Of a stretch of 64,000 nucleotides of DNA, positions 33,210 through 45,500 are shown one piece after another; the stretch's first letter is position 1, and the number at the start of each line of letters is the position of its first letter. The position numbers and the translations under genes are program-made. Below the pieces are notes generated by a model. The model was not told where the DNA came from. It saw only the letters and a program-made list of their open reading frames with translations, and made no database searches. Source of the DNA: Tetramitus jugosus (Eukaryota > Protista > Heterolobosea); NCBI GenBank assembly GCA_937625935.1, contig OW569358.1, positions 310,001 through 374,000 on the forward strand, written 5' to 3'.

Positions 33210-35447
33210 ATGTGGCTCTCTAAGCGTCTCAAACTTTGGAACAATAACAATAACCGCGATGACTCAAACTCCACACTGAACATTCACAACAACATGAATG
33301 ATGCACTATGGAGCATGACTCGTGAAATTGCTTCTGCGTCACTTCAAGAACTCATCAAACAATTTCATTCTACTCAGCAAACCAATGACAACAACAACAA
33401 TAATCACTCTATTCTTTCTCTTCGTAGCAAATCAAACAACAACAATAGCAACAACAATAATAGCGCAAGCAAAAGATCAAGAGTCTATATTGATTCATTG
33501 TCACCGTTGCATGGAGTGCCCTATCTTGAAATTCGATACATTTGTGTCTCTGGACTGAACAACAACTCTCATGTTTCGTCATCATCCAATCATGGTCGCT
33601 ATTTCAACATTAAAACAAGCACTGAAAGAATCAAAACTCACATTAACAACAACAACAACAACAATAATAATAACGGCAGCAATCAACAACAATCGGTAGA
33701 ATACTGGGACAGAGAACACTATTTATTGAAGATTGATCAATTGAGAGAATCATCCATCTCCAATCGTCAATCAACATCATCATCATCATCACCATCTTCA
33801 TCATCTCTTTCATTGAGAAACCTTCGATCGAGGAGTGTCATGGATCGATGGCCACTCTCCTCCTCTTCTTCATCGTCATCGAACACGCGAAGAAATTCTT
33901 ATACACCCAATCTTGCAAACTTGAAAAATGGTGAGGTTACAGCAGATACGAGCAGTAACAACAGTAACAGTAGTAGTGGTGGTGGTGAAGGAAGTGAAAT
34001 GATAGAGTTTGAACTGTGGAATTATGATCGAAAAAAGAATCAATATGTTGGAAGTGCCTATTTGAATGTTGATGCGTTGCCAAGAGGAAAATTTGTGTTG
34101 ATTCAGGAACCATTGTACGGTTGTGCTGATTCAAAGAATTGTGCAGTGCTTTCGTGTCTTGTGAGAGCGCATCATTTCGGTACGAAATCATCGTGCAGAA
34201 TCGAACAAAAGAATTATCGAAGTATGATTGATTATCAGGCAAAGTATGATTCGTTTTATGATGTGTTGTCTCCGCAAGTGTTTGGTCATGTGACACCCAA
34301 GAAGTCATCGAGTGTTGCTGCTGCAGATGCTGATGTTCATACAAGTAGTAGTGAAGTTGCTGTTAATGAGGATAAGGAGAGTGCAGATGAACAGAATAAT
34401 GTGATTGATTGTGCACATTTAAGGAAAAAATTGAACATGTTTATTAGCAATGAGAAGATGATTGATACCATGTGTTCAGTGTTGTCTCAAGTGAATTCCG
34501 TGCATGAGATGTTGACATTTGATTGGTTGTCGAGAATGAATTTAAGGGAGAGCCAGAGTGAAGTAGAGGAGGCGAACAAGGATCGCGTGTATGATTCTGT
34601 TTCTATCAAGGTAGCTGTTGCTCATTCACCGGTGGATGATGAGATTAAGAAAGTTTGTAGTCGATATGGTGCCAATCCAGCACAAACCATGTTCAACATA
34701 TCTGAAGCTTGTGAGGTTCAAATGTTTCACTGTGCGGTCATTGTTGGCCCGTATATACTTGATTGGGACTCGACTGGTGTTTGTGTGCCAAAGCCCTTGT
34801 CTTCATCAGATATTCTTCTCGCTCATAATGTAGCAACTATACATTCGGTTAGTGAATTGAATCGTGTGTTGCTTGCATGTTCAAAGGCACTCGTTCAATG
34901 GAATACAGAGTGTTCATTTAGCGAACTAGGAGGAAGAGCGAAGACTGGAAACAGCTTTACATTCATGAATAGCATACTCAACAGCATGGGATATGAATTA
35001 GGTCGTGAGACTGTTGTTGAGCGGTTTATTTCTTCCCTTAGTATGTGTGGTACGGGTCAAATGAGATTCTCAATGAGCAACGAGTTCAAATTATCCTTTA
35101 AATTCGACTTTGACAGCATTGTATTTGACAACCATGGATCTCTCGATCAATTTGTCAAGGAATTATTTAGAGTTGATCCGAATTGGGAGACGACCTGGAC
35201 ACAGGAATCATTCTTGCTGCATTCGTACGACAAATACTTTTGGGTTCATCTCAACAGAGCAAATTCACTTATAGCATGCACAAAACAACGCATAGAAACA
35301 TTGCGAGCCCAGCAACACCATCCAGAACGTGTTGCCCAGATCGATAAAGAGATTGTGAGGATTGCAAAGAAACTAGGAAATCTGGAACCTTACAAGAATC
35401 AATGTCCGCTCAACCCAGATTTATCTATCAACATTCGCATCGAATAA
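33210..35447 (+). CDS. C2-like domain protein (interrupted by N/S-rich inserts) with a C-terminal permuted papain-like (PPPDE/LRAT-type) domain
   Basis: IEFELWNYDRKKNQYVGSAYLNV is a C2 signature. FHCAVIVGPYILDW...GNSFTFMNSIL resembles the H...NC pattern. Confidence 0.6.
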   Translation: MWLSKRLKLWNNNNNRDDSNSTLNIHNNMNDALWSMTREIASASLQELIKQFHSTQQTNDNNNNNHSILSLRSKSNNNNSNNNNSASKRSRVYIDSLSPLHGVPYLEIRYICVSGLNNNSHVSSSSNHGRYFNIKTSTERIKTHINNNNNNNNNNGSNQQQSVEYWDREHYLLKIDQLRESSISNRQSTSSSSSPSSSSLSLRNLRSRSVMDRWPLSSSSSSSSNTRRNSYTPNLANLKNGEVTADTSSNNSNSSSGGGEGSEMIEFELWNYDRKKNQYVGSAYLNVDALPRGKFVLIQEPLYGCADSKNCAVLSCLVRAHHFGTKSSCRIEQKNYRSMIDYQAKYDSFYDVLSPQVFGHVTPKKSSSVAAADADVHTSSSEVAVNEDKESADEQNNVIDCAHLRKKLNMFISNEKMIDTMCSVLSQVNSVHEMLTFDWLSRMNLRESQSEVEEANKDRVYDSVSIKVAVAHSPVDDEIKKVCSRYGANPAQTMFNISEACEVQMFHCAVIVGPYILDWDSTGVCVPKPLSSSDILLAHNVATIHSVSELNRVLLACSKALVQWNTECSFSELGGRAKTGNSFTFMNSILNSMGYELGRETVVERFISSLSMCGTGQMRFSMSNEFKLSFKFDFDSIVFDNHGSLDQFVKELFRVDPNWETTWTQESFLLHSYDKYFWVHLNRANSLIACTKQRIETLRAQQHHPERVAQIDKEIVRIAKKLGNLEPYKNQCPLNPDLSINIRIE

Positions 35448-35622
35448 AGCAGAAATTACGTCATTCATGATGTGCGTTGCACTGAACACGTCAAGGTTCC
35501 TGCAAGGTCTTGAGGTTGATTCTTGCACGACGGAAATGCGGAATATTTATTTTTAGACTCGGAACAATTTTCCGAGGAACTTCCAAGCCAGAGGTTGAAT
35601 CTGGATCACGGTCTTGTTCGCA

Positions 35623-35629
35623 CTATAAA
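35623..35629 (+). promoter_or_regulatory. TATA-box-like element of the polyubiquitin gene
   Basis: TATAAAA about 100 nt upstream of ATG 35725, followed by an A/C-rich leader. Confidence 0.5.
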
Positions 35630-35709
35630 AACGGTTCCCACCTGATGTGTCGTAGTCACTTCAAAAAACAACAAAAACACAACAAAGTAAATAATACTAC
35701 TACTTGTAA

Positions 35710-36642
<933 letters not shown>

Positions 36643-36766
36643 ATTATTCTCTTCAAATAAAAATCCACGCAAGAGCGAACTGCAAACCCAAAATTATTCT
36701 ACGTTCACTCCGCTCCGTCTTGCTTGCAACTTCATTTTTCACACAAAAAGCTTGAACAACAAACAG

Positions 36767-38299
36767 ATGACAACAACGACCAGCACAGACAACCAGAGTC
36801 TCATAGAGTGTGCCAATGCCATAAAGCTTCAAGGTAATGAGTTTCTCGGGAAGCAACAACTCGATCAGGCCTTATCCAAGTACAGTGAAGCCATTTCTCT
36901 TTTGGAACCGATTCAAGATGTTGCATTCGAAGTTTGTGCGCTCTTGTGGTGCAATATGGCCACAGTTTACTTTGCAAAGCAAGAATATGATGAAGCGTTG
37001 GTTGCAGCAGAGAAAGGACTTGAGATTGATCCATCTTGTGCTCCCTGTGTTCTCAGAAAGTTTAATGCACTGTGGAAGAAGGGTTGTTGTGTGTTGGCCA
37101 TTATGACTGTTCATGAATTTTTGAATGAACACCCAGGTTGTCAACGATCGTTGGAGAAGCTTGCTCCTGCCATTCAATTCCTATCTCAGAGCAAACAATG
37201 GTTTTTGCATCCTGATTTGAGAATTATTCAGTTGTCAGAGGACAATTTTTGTGTAATGGCATTGGAGGATATACCTGAGAAGACGGTTCTTGTCAAGGAT
37301 AGTATTATTTTCCCTCATAGTATTAGTTCCAATGATCAAATTCCTATTGTTTTGAAGGAGTTGATGGAACATTTTGATTTGTATCAGAATCGGTTCAAAG
37401 GATTGCATCCAAGAAGGATTAGCGACCTAGAAACTGAATACTTTGAAATGTGGTACGAAGTTGTGGAGAATATGGTTCCTGATAATGTTCGTCAGCAGAG
37501 AGAAATCATTGAAGAGTTCACGAGATTGCTTCTCGTTGTGAAATTGAACGGATTTGCAGGAGTGTATGGATTAGCTTGCTTGTTCAATCACGCTTGTGCT
37601 GAGAACGCAGAAAAGATTGACAATGAGATTGTTTCGACTCGAGGCATTAAGAAGGGTCAGTATGTCAATCTAGACTACATTGGCTATGATGAAGGTGTTA
37701 TGAACAGACAAAATATTCTTAGCTCTCAATTCGCATTCACTTGCGCATGTGATCGATGCAAGAGTGAGCTATTGTCAGGTAGCTTGGCTGATTCATTCAA
37801 GTGTCAGAGCTCGACCGTCAGTGATTGCAAGGGACTGATCTATTGTCCCCTGTTGACTGAGGAGGAAATGCAAGTCAAGGAAGACGATGTTGTCAGATGC
37901 TCCAACTTTGATGAGTGCAAATGTGAGGTCTACGTGGACAGCTTGTTAGCTCAGTACAAGAGGTACCGTCAGCGAATCGAAAGAGCATCCACATTAAACA
38001 AGAGTGACTTGAGCGCCATCATTGAGTCTCTCGGTGAAATTTTGAGCTCAGAGTCCATACTTGTGCCACAGCACCACTTGTTTTTGAGTGCTCTCCCTCT
38101 TATTTATCAATCAACAAAGGTTGTATACGACCAAGAGATTGGATCAGGAAATTTTGAGAAACTGAAGCAAATTGTTCAACAATTCTCCATTATTGAACAC
38201 TTGTCTCATTTACACACTCTCCAGATTGACAGATATGGAGAAGAACACGAAGATACCATGAAAACAATCGAGCTTATTCACAATCTCCACCAATTGTAA
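36767..38299 (+). CDS. TPR plus SET domain protein-lysine methyltransferase (SMYD-like)
   Basis: N-terminal TPRs (KLQGNEFL..ALSKYSEAI), SET motifs FNHAC.EN and LDYIG, and post-SET FTCACDRC. Confidence 0.85.
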   Translation: MTTTTSTDNQSLIECANAIKLQGNEFLGKQQLDQALSKYSEAISLLEPIQDVAFEVCALLWCNMATVYFAKQEYDEALVAAEKGLEIDPSCAPCVLRKFNALWKKGCCVLAIMTVHEFLNEHPGCQRSLEKLAPAIQFLSQSKQWFLHPDLRIIQLSEDNFCVMALEDIPEKTVLVKDSIIFPHSISSNDQIPIVLKELMEHFDLYQNRFKGLHPRRISDLETEYFEMWYEVVENMVPDNVRQQREIIEEFTRLLLVVKLNGFAGVYGLACLFNHACAENAEKIDNEIVSTRGIKKGQYVNLDYIGYDEGVMNRQNILSSQFAFTCACDRCKSELLSGSLADSFKCQSSTVSDCKGLIYCPLLTEEEMQVKEDDVVRCSNFDECKCEVYVDSLLAQYKRYRQRIERASTLNKSDLSAIIESLGEILSSESILVPQHHLFLSALPLIYQSTKVVYDQEIGSGNFEKLKQIVQQFSIIEHLSHLHTLQIDRYGEEHEDTMKTIELIHNLHQL

Positions 38300-38476
38300 G
38301 AATTAACCAATTTGTGAGTAAAACAATTTCAATTGTCAACCAGTAAAGCACCTCGTTATTTTTCTGTAGGTATTTTGGCAGTTCAGGTTCTGGCCACGTG
38401 TTCATCGGGTGTCAAGTCCAATACTGAAGTTCTGCGACAACCAATTGAAAAAAAGAAAGTAGTCGAGATCAAGATC

Positions 38477-39697
38477 ATGAAGGCTTTAATCAAGAGTGTC
38501 GTTTCCATGGTCCTTGAACTCATTTTCTTTCTCTGTTATATTTTCCAGAGGTTTATCCAAAGATCAAGATTACAAAGTGAAACAATCTCCTTCAACAGCA
38601 CTGGTCAAATAACTCAAGCCAAAGATGAGAGACAAAAGCGATCTTCAAGCAAGTTCAAGATGATCCAATTGTCTGACATTCATTATGACAGCTGTCGATA
38701 CAAGAAACAAAGGACACATTGGCTTTTTCACTATGAGAGAACGAGTGATGCTCTACTTGATTCTGTGATTGATGCCGTTGTTAATGAGGCACCAGATCTT
38801 CTCGTGATTACGGGAGATCTCATCCAGTACCAACCAGAGACCATTCACGGATTGAAAGTTCATTTCTTTGAGCCTCTGCTGTCACGATTCAAACCAAAGT
38901 ATGGCATCTTTGTCGTGATTGGCAACCATGATATCAAACTGAAGCATTCAAAAGAGATGATTCGAGAAGTGTTGAATTCGATTGAGAGTGTGCACGTGCT
39001 GGAGATGGATGCTACACAGAAAACAAGCCATGGTTATGGCAATATACGAAGAGTGATACAGTTGGAACGGAATCGACGTATTGAATTTATTGGATTGCCC
39101 GACTACCATGACGTTGCCTTTCACGACCAATACAGAGATATTGAACAGATGTTCAATGACAAGAATCAAGATGACAGCAATGATACATTTCGTGTGATTC
39201 TGTCTCACAATCCTGATTCTGTGAGACTACTGCTGAGGGATAATTGGCGATTTGACCTCGTCTTGTGTGGTCACACGCATGGTGGTCAAATCTGTATTCC
39301 CATTCCTTTTTATGCCGAGAAAGTGCGAAAGTGGCTGTTTCCATCGAGTTATTGTTCACAGAAGAGCCATCCAGAGGACAAGTCACAACTGAACTATCGA
39401 ATCGAAATATTGGACAAGTCTAACGTCATTCCATTGCATCCTATATTAATTAGGCTTTATCACTCATTACCATTGACGCAGAACATGAAGAAAAGCTTGT
39501 TGAAGTATAGTCTGATACAAAAACTACTCTGTATTCTAAAGTATTGGGAATGTGGAAAAGGTTTAGTTCGACTTCACCACAAAGATGGATTAGAAGATAA
39601 TGGTTTGAAATACTTGTATACCTCGAGAGGACTTGCTACACATCCTCCTCTTCGATGGTTTTGTCCTCCTGAAATAACAACTATAGAGATTGAATAA
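38477..39697 (+). CDS. Calcineurin-like metallophosphoesterase, YkuE/YaeI type
   Basis: SDIH, TGDL, GNHD, SHNPD, GHTHGGQ and SRGL motifs, with an N-terminal hydrophobic segment. Confidence 0.92.
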   Translation: MKALIKSVVSMVLELIFFLCYIFQRFIQRSRLQSETISFNSTGQITQAKDERQKRSSSKFKMIQLSDIHYDSCRYKKQRTHWLFHYERTSDALLDSVIDAVVNEAPDLLVITGDLIQYQPETIHGLKVHFFEPLLSRFKPKYGIFVVIGNHDIKLKHSKEMIREVLNSIESVHVLEMDATQKTSHGYGNIRRVIQLERNRRIEFIGLPDYHDVAFHDQYRDIEQMFNDKNQDDSNDTFRVILSHNPDSVRLLLRDNWRFDLVLCGHTHGGQICIPIPFYAEKVRKWLFPSSYCSQKSHPEDKSQLNYRIEILDKSNVIPLHPILIRLYHSLPLTQNMKKSLLKYSLIQKLLCILKYWECGKGLVRLHHKDGLEDNGLKYLYTSRGLATHPPLRWFCPPEITTIEIE

Positions 39698-39699
39698 AA

Positions 39700-41247
39700 C
39701 TAGGTGTCCTGATCCATCAATTCTACTTCTTCGAGGTCCGAAGAGCTGTTGTCCATTGATGGTAGCGTTGAGGATGGATGCTTCTCCGCAGGTATTGCAA
39801 ACAAGAGTATCAGATAGAATATTGTAGCAGATCCACAAACTACGAGTAGTACCAACATCAGATTCTCGATAAAGTAGGTCATAATGGGAGGAATAATCAT
39901 TTCCCCAAAGGCCCCACAAACAACCATTAGAGATGTCATGAATCCAGTGAGCTTAATGTTCAAATGTACAGATGGGAGAGAAATGGTTGTTGGATATTGA
40001 CTAGCCATTGCCAATCCAATGACAGCTGTTGCTATCCATGTCACGATGTAGTTGCTAGTGATTGACAATACAGCAATACCTGACATGGTAAACAGTACAT
40101 CAAGCAGAATCATTGCAGCTACTGAAAGTACCTTTGAAAGTGGAATGGCAATCAATCGTCCCATTGTAAAGCAGAACCAAAAGAAACTAGTCAATAATGA
40201 GGCTGAATCTTTGGTGAAACGTGTATTCTTCTGAAGCATGACATATGTGTGTATCAGTCCACAATATCCAACTCTTGATCCAATGTAGAACATAAGAGCC
40301 ATGCCCGTCAGAACAGCAATGAGAAGTTTCTTGACACTAAAAGTATTCGTTCTTGGATCAGTCGTGTTGGTCTGTGCTTCTTCAGCAGCTGGAGCCTTCT
40401 CATGATCAAACTTTACAACACAAAAGGGAATGAGAGCAATGAGCACCAAAAGACCGAGGGACATGTACGAGAACCGTAATGGTTGCAACCAAACACTCTC
40501 AGAGCCCACTCGAAGAGAAATATGATGAATCAATTGGATATACAATGGACAAATGAATCCTCCAACACCAAAACTAAAGTGAAGTCCTTGCATGTACGGA
40601 TTCACCTGATCTCTCCATATCCACACCAAAATCACATTGGCTGCACAATCAATACAACCATTACCCAATCCAATCAAGAAGCTTATGACATTCAACAAGT
40701 AAAAATTACGAGCAAATGGAATGGCCACCAAACCCAAACCCATCAAACAGAGCCCCACCACCATTGTCAAGTTCTCTATATGTTTCAAGATCCATGACAG
40801 CAATCGACTGTTTCTTGCTTTGGATTGCAAAAACAGGGAAGAATGGGAGTAGTGAGAGCACTTGTCGAGCATAAAACCAACAAAGAGAGCTGACAGCACA
40901 TAGCTCACACCATTCAGAGTAAACAACAAGCCCATGGAAGCCACATTTGCTTGCACGTTAGAAGCAAGCTCTAGCAGTGTTGGACCAAAAACACTCAACG
41001 AAAATCCAAGCATCACATAGGATAAGCACAACAAGAGGGTGAGCGTAATGTTTTGACGCTTATTGATTGAGTGGTAATCATTCTTTGGGTGGTCTCCAAC
41101 CAAAGGGGTGGGCAAAGTTAATGGATCATCAATTTCAATCATCATTTGCAAGTCATCACCTTCCTCGATCATCAGAGAAGAAGTGTTTGACAGGCCTTCA
41201 TTTTCAGGTGACTGATCGCAAACATCCGCTGTAGAATTGTTTGACAT
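39700..41247 (-). CDS. MFS transporter (MFSD4/FucP-like)
   Basis: About 12 TM helices. Motifs FGPTLLEL, PYMQGLHFSFGVGGFICP and FWFCFTMGRL. Confidence 0.88.
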   Translation of the reverse strand: MSNNSTADVCDQSPENEGLSNTSSLMIEEGDDLQMMIEIDDPLTLPTPLVGDHPKNDYHSINKRQNITLTLLLCLSYVMLGFSLSVFGPTLLELASNVQANVASMGLLFTLNGVSYVLSALFVGFMLDKCSHYSHSSLFLQSKARNSRLLSWILKHIENLTMVVGLCLMGLGLVAIPFARNFYLLNVISFLIGLGNGCIDCAANVILVWIWRDQVNPYMQGLHFSFGVGGFICPLYIQLIHHISLRVGSESVWLQPLRFSYMSLGLLVLIALIPFCVVKFDHEKAPAAEEAQTNTTDPRTNTFSVKKLLIAVLTGMALMFYIGSRVGYCGLIHTYVMLQKNTRFTKDSASLLTSFFWFCFTMGRLIAIPLSKVLSVAAMILLDVLFTMSGIAVLSITSNYIVTWIATAVIGLAMASQYPTTISLPSVHLNIKLTGFMTSLMVVCGAFGEMIIPPIMTYFIENLMLVLLVVCGSATIFYLILLFAIPAEKHPSSTLPSMDNSSSDLEEVELMDQDT

Positions 41248-41342
41248 CGCACGTTTCGCGCTTTCTGCTGTTAGTAAAATAAATTCCGATCAAAAAACGA
41301 AAAAACGAGATCAACAAATCCGAATTCAAAAGTATTAGAAAT

Positions 41343-41760
41343 ATGCAAAGACAAGTTGCTGAAGGCGCCAATTGGGACAGCGATGCTGAAGTTTACAAGT
41401 TTGATGTAACTGAACTTCAAAACAAGAGATTCTTGTGTAAGTAGCACAATTTTTTATATCGAGTTTTGACTCCATTTTTTTTTGGTACCAAAACAAAAGC
41501 TTACCACTGATGAATCATTCTTAGGCTCCTGTGGTCTCTCCACCAAGATGCCATTCTGTGACGGATCCCACATGAAGGTCGGTTTCAAGCCAGTTCAAAT
41601 CCAAATCGTTGGTACCACTGTTGAGGTGAGACCAAGACAAGAAATTGAAGTCCAAAAGCAAAGAGAAGAAATTGAAAGAACTCACGCCAAGAGAACCATG
41701 ATCACTCTTGGTTCCTTTGTAGTTGCTCTTGGTTTGACCTTCCTTTGCACCAAGAAGTAA
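41343..41760 (+). CDS. CDGSH [2Fe-2S] domain protein with C-terminal TM. Exons 41343..41436 and 41525..41760
   Basis: Splicing GTAAGT..TAG creates the complete motif CSCGLSTKMPFCDGSH. Confidence 0.9.
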
Positions 41761-41827
41761 AGTGACTTCAAATGAAGAAACTTGCTCATTCATTGACGTC
41801 CACCATTGATCAATTTTTATCACAAAC

Positions 41828-42394
41828 TCAAACAGCGGTCAATCGTACTTTTTGTTGTTTTCGTTCCTTCTTTGATGACATCATCATGTCTTCTTCGTCG
41901 TCCTCTTCTCTGTAGTTGACAACAGTTGGTTGACTGTTGTTGTTCAATTGACCAGACGATGTTGCACTCGTCTCATCTTGCAATTGAATACTCTGTTGCT
42001 CCGATGAGAGAGCAATATTGGAGGAGGGTGAATTCAAAGATGACGAAGAAGATGGTTGGTGCTCATGTTGTGGCGGGAACACCTCCAACCGTAGTGCAGC
42101 AAATTCCTTGTAGCGTATAAAAACTTGATTGGCGACAATTGCCATTGCTATGCAGTAAAAGATCCACATGGGCCACAGGAACCATCCTTCCTTGTATGGA
42201 TGACCGTCCTTGTCCCGAATCAACTGCTTCTTCAACAGCACCATGCACAATATGGTGAAGAGAATGAGACAGACACCGATAAAGACGGATATGCTGATGA
42301 GAGAGATGAGGAAATTACGTTTTTGAATGTAGCGAACATAGGATGGTTTCTTTTCCTTTTGAATCGAAGGAAACAGTCGAGGAACGATGGCCAT
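41828..42394 (-). CDS. Hypothetical two-TM membrane protein
   Basis: Two hydrophobic helices followed by an S/Q-rich tail. ATG 42394 follows an A/C-rich leader; 42517 is an alternative start. Confidence 0.65.
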   Translation of the reverse strand: MAIVPRLFPSIQKEKKPSYVRYIQKRNFLISLISISVFIGVCLILFTILCMVLLKKQLIRDKDGHPYKEGWFLWPMWIFYCIAMAIVANQVFIRYKEFAALRLEVFPPQHEHQPSSSSSLNSPSSNIALSSEQQSIQLQDETSATSSGQLNNNSQPTVVNYREEDDEEDMMMSSKKERKQQKVRLTAV

Positions 42395-42557
42395 ATTGTT
42401 GTCGTGTCGTGTTCTTGTTTTCTGTGTTTGTTGCTGTGTGCGAGAAATCTGAAAACAATAAATCTTCCGGACTTTTTCGCTCGATTGCATAGCAGATAAA
42501 CTTTTGCTTTCGTCCATGATAATGTTTCAATGAATGGTAAGCCATGAGTAATCTCGT

Positions 42558-45500
42558 TTATTTAGTTGTATCAAGAGAAATAGCACCAGATTCTTCTCTA
42601 GGTGGGCTCGAAGAGGGAAGGACGAGAGAACGGCATTCGTCGACGAATTTTTGTGCGACTACATCCTCAGGATGTTTGTCCAGATAGGAAGCAAACAACA
42701 GGTACGCATCGTCGTATAGATTCTTATTGAAGTAGGTATAAGCTTCACAGAACGACTGCCACTTGTGACCGGTTTGTTGAAGTTCACTGACCCACTCATC
42801 AGGGTTCTTGGAATCTCCTAACTCATAGATACCAATGCCATCCTCTGTCTTGCCCAAAGGTCTAAAATAAAATTCTTCTTTAACCTTATCTTCAATATCT
42901 TCAGAGCATATCACTTGAGTTCCCCAGCGGGCATTTGATTCACTTAGTCTCTCAGATCGAAGAACTGGTTGGCCAAGAACAGTGAAGAACTTTGTAGCGT
43001 CTGTACCAATGTTTCCAAAGTATACTGTTCCACTACTGATACCTAGATGAGTTTTAAGGAGTGGAAGTCCTTTTTCACCCCATGTCTTGTGTAACTTCAG
43101 CATCGCATCAGCGCAATTTCTGGCTGTTCTACAAGCTCTGTGTCTATGATCTGGTTGACTGATGAAAGAATTCCAAACAATGAGAGCACCACTCGAGTTA
43201 AGAGTGACCAATTGTCCATTCGATTCTTTCAAATACTCCTTCAGCGTATTCATCATGTCTTTAGTTGTTTCAGCAATATCTGCAGCTGAATACAGCTCAA
43301 GCAAGCTTATAATATTTGGGAATTTGATTGTAAGAATAGAAACAGAACCGCTCATTAGTCCACTAGTCAAGGCATTGGAGACCATTCCACGATTGTTCAT
43401 CTGAGTAGAAGTTGATGTTCCTCTTGTGTCAGAAACAGAGTGAGACTTCTCTAGGTGGGATCCACTGTTGACGTCTCCCTTCTGATTTTTTTGCTCTTGG
43501 ATATAGATTGCCTTATTGATGACCTCTGTCTCAATTACTGCCAGGATGTGATCAGGAATGAACTGTCTGAATTGTCTTAATCTTTGAGACATTGAATAGA
43601 AAGAATTTTGCAAACTCTTAATCTCAGTGAACACAGACATTCCTTTCTCTAAACTGCTTTCCACTTGTTCCAATTGAAGCATCTTGATAGCTTCTGCCTG
43701 TAAAACCAAATTTTCAAGTGGTCTCATAAACAAGGACGCTGAAATGATGGAGATGATCAGAGCAAGAACAAGCAATCCAACCAGGCAGCAACAAATAATA
43801 ATCACAGACACATAGAGATCATCAAAGAAGACACGCATATCGACAGATTGAAGAACTACCCAATCGATACCATGAGTATCCTTGTATCCTCCGAGACTGA
43901 TAGCGTATGTCCTTCCACGATGTCTATACTGATCGAGGACTGGTGTGTACCCTACTTTGCTCAGAGTGGAACCGCCATAATTCTGTCGGGCATACTTGAG
44001 CATAGGAGCCATGTGCTTCTCTTGAGTACCATCGAATCTTTGAACATCTTTTCCATTCTGGCTGTAAAGAGGATAGTTGTCAATACTCGATCCAATCAAG
44101 AAACCAGTCTTCCTTTCTACCACGACAATAACACTGTTCTGTTTCTTGGATTCTTCATAGAGGAAACCTCCCACTGTTGTCACAGAAATATCAGATGCAC
44201 AGAAACCTATGAAATTGCTGCTCAAATCTCTCCATGTTTGAAAGAGGGTAATGAAAACAAAACCGACAGCACCAGAAGAGGTGTAAGAAGGTGTCCATAC
44301 GGGGAGTCCTGTTACACTGACACCAGTAACTGACTGATACAAGTATCCATACACGTCATCATTAGGGATAGTGTCTTTGTTGTCAGCAATCATAGTATTG
44401 TCCAACGTGGCATTGTACAAATCAGTAAAGTTGTAACGATCTCTTCTGGTTGGATCAGCATATGATGTAAACAGTGTATAGCCAGTGGAGTATCCAGAGC
44501 GAGGCATGACACCAGCGAGACCACCAATACTATTACCACAGTACATATCGATTGTGAGTGGAAGTTCCGTCCGATTATTTGCCTTGAATGATCTGAGAGT
44601 AAACTCGAGTACCTTGTCAGAATCCGAGACATTGAAGTATGCTCCACGAGTTTCTGCCATTGCTGTATTATATGCCATTGTATGTTCTTTCACATGACTG
44701 GACAAGTACGTTACAACATTATTGAACGAATAGAGTCGATTTTCGTTGGCACTCTTCCTAATACTGCCAGAGAAGAAACCAAGAGAGATGGCAGCAATCG
44801 TTATGATACACAGAGCAGCAATTAATGCAAATGCCAACATTAACAATGATCTTAAACTCTTAATCCACTCCCAAATCGTCCGTGTCTCCTTTGGACTATC
44901 ATCCTTGGAATCAGCTTTGAGGGAGGCACCAGCTGATTTCAAGATTGTTATGATGCTAGTGTTATTAGCAGAGACTGCATAATACAATGCAGTGTTTTCT
45001 TCATTGTCTCCTGTGTTTAGCTTTACCTCAGAACACTGACACAGGAAACGAACGAGGTCTTTCCTAGAGTTCTTGACAGCCAAAATTAATGGTGTGTCTC
45101 CGTTTTTATCTTCTTCATTGATCATTGACATCAATTGTTCAGAAGAAAAGTCACCAACACTCAAGCTGCTGAGCAACAGCAACAAACCTTCGAAATGACC
45201 ATCATTGGCGCACTTGTGGAAAATGTTTCTTCCAAAAGTGTTCTTTCCAGTCATCATCTTGGAGAGGCCTCGATTGGCAAAGTGAGATGACAAATACTGA
45301 ACAATATCCAAGTGAGCCATGCTGCACTGGAGGATATTTTCTTCGTCATGATTTCGCCTCATTGGAGAAGCTCCCATTTTCTCAATGAGAAACTTGACTG
45401 CGATGAGGTCACCTTCCTCAGCTTCAATATGCAAACATGTGTTACCCTTTGTTCCTCTCAAATGAACGTCGATACCTCTAAAATCAGACAGCAATTCTGC

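Noticed and set aside
35555-35590. Heat-shock element upstream of polyubiquitin
   Set aside because: GAA/TTC triplets are present but not in the nGAAnnTTCn spacing.
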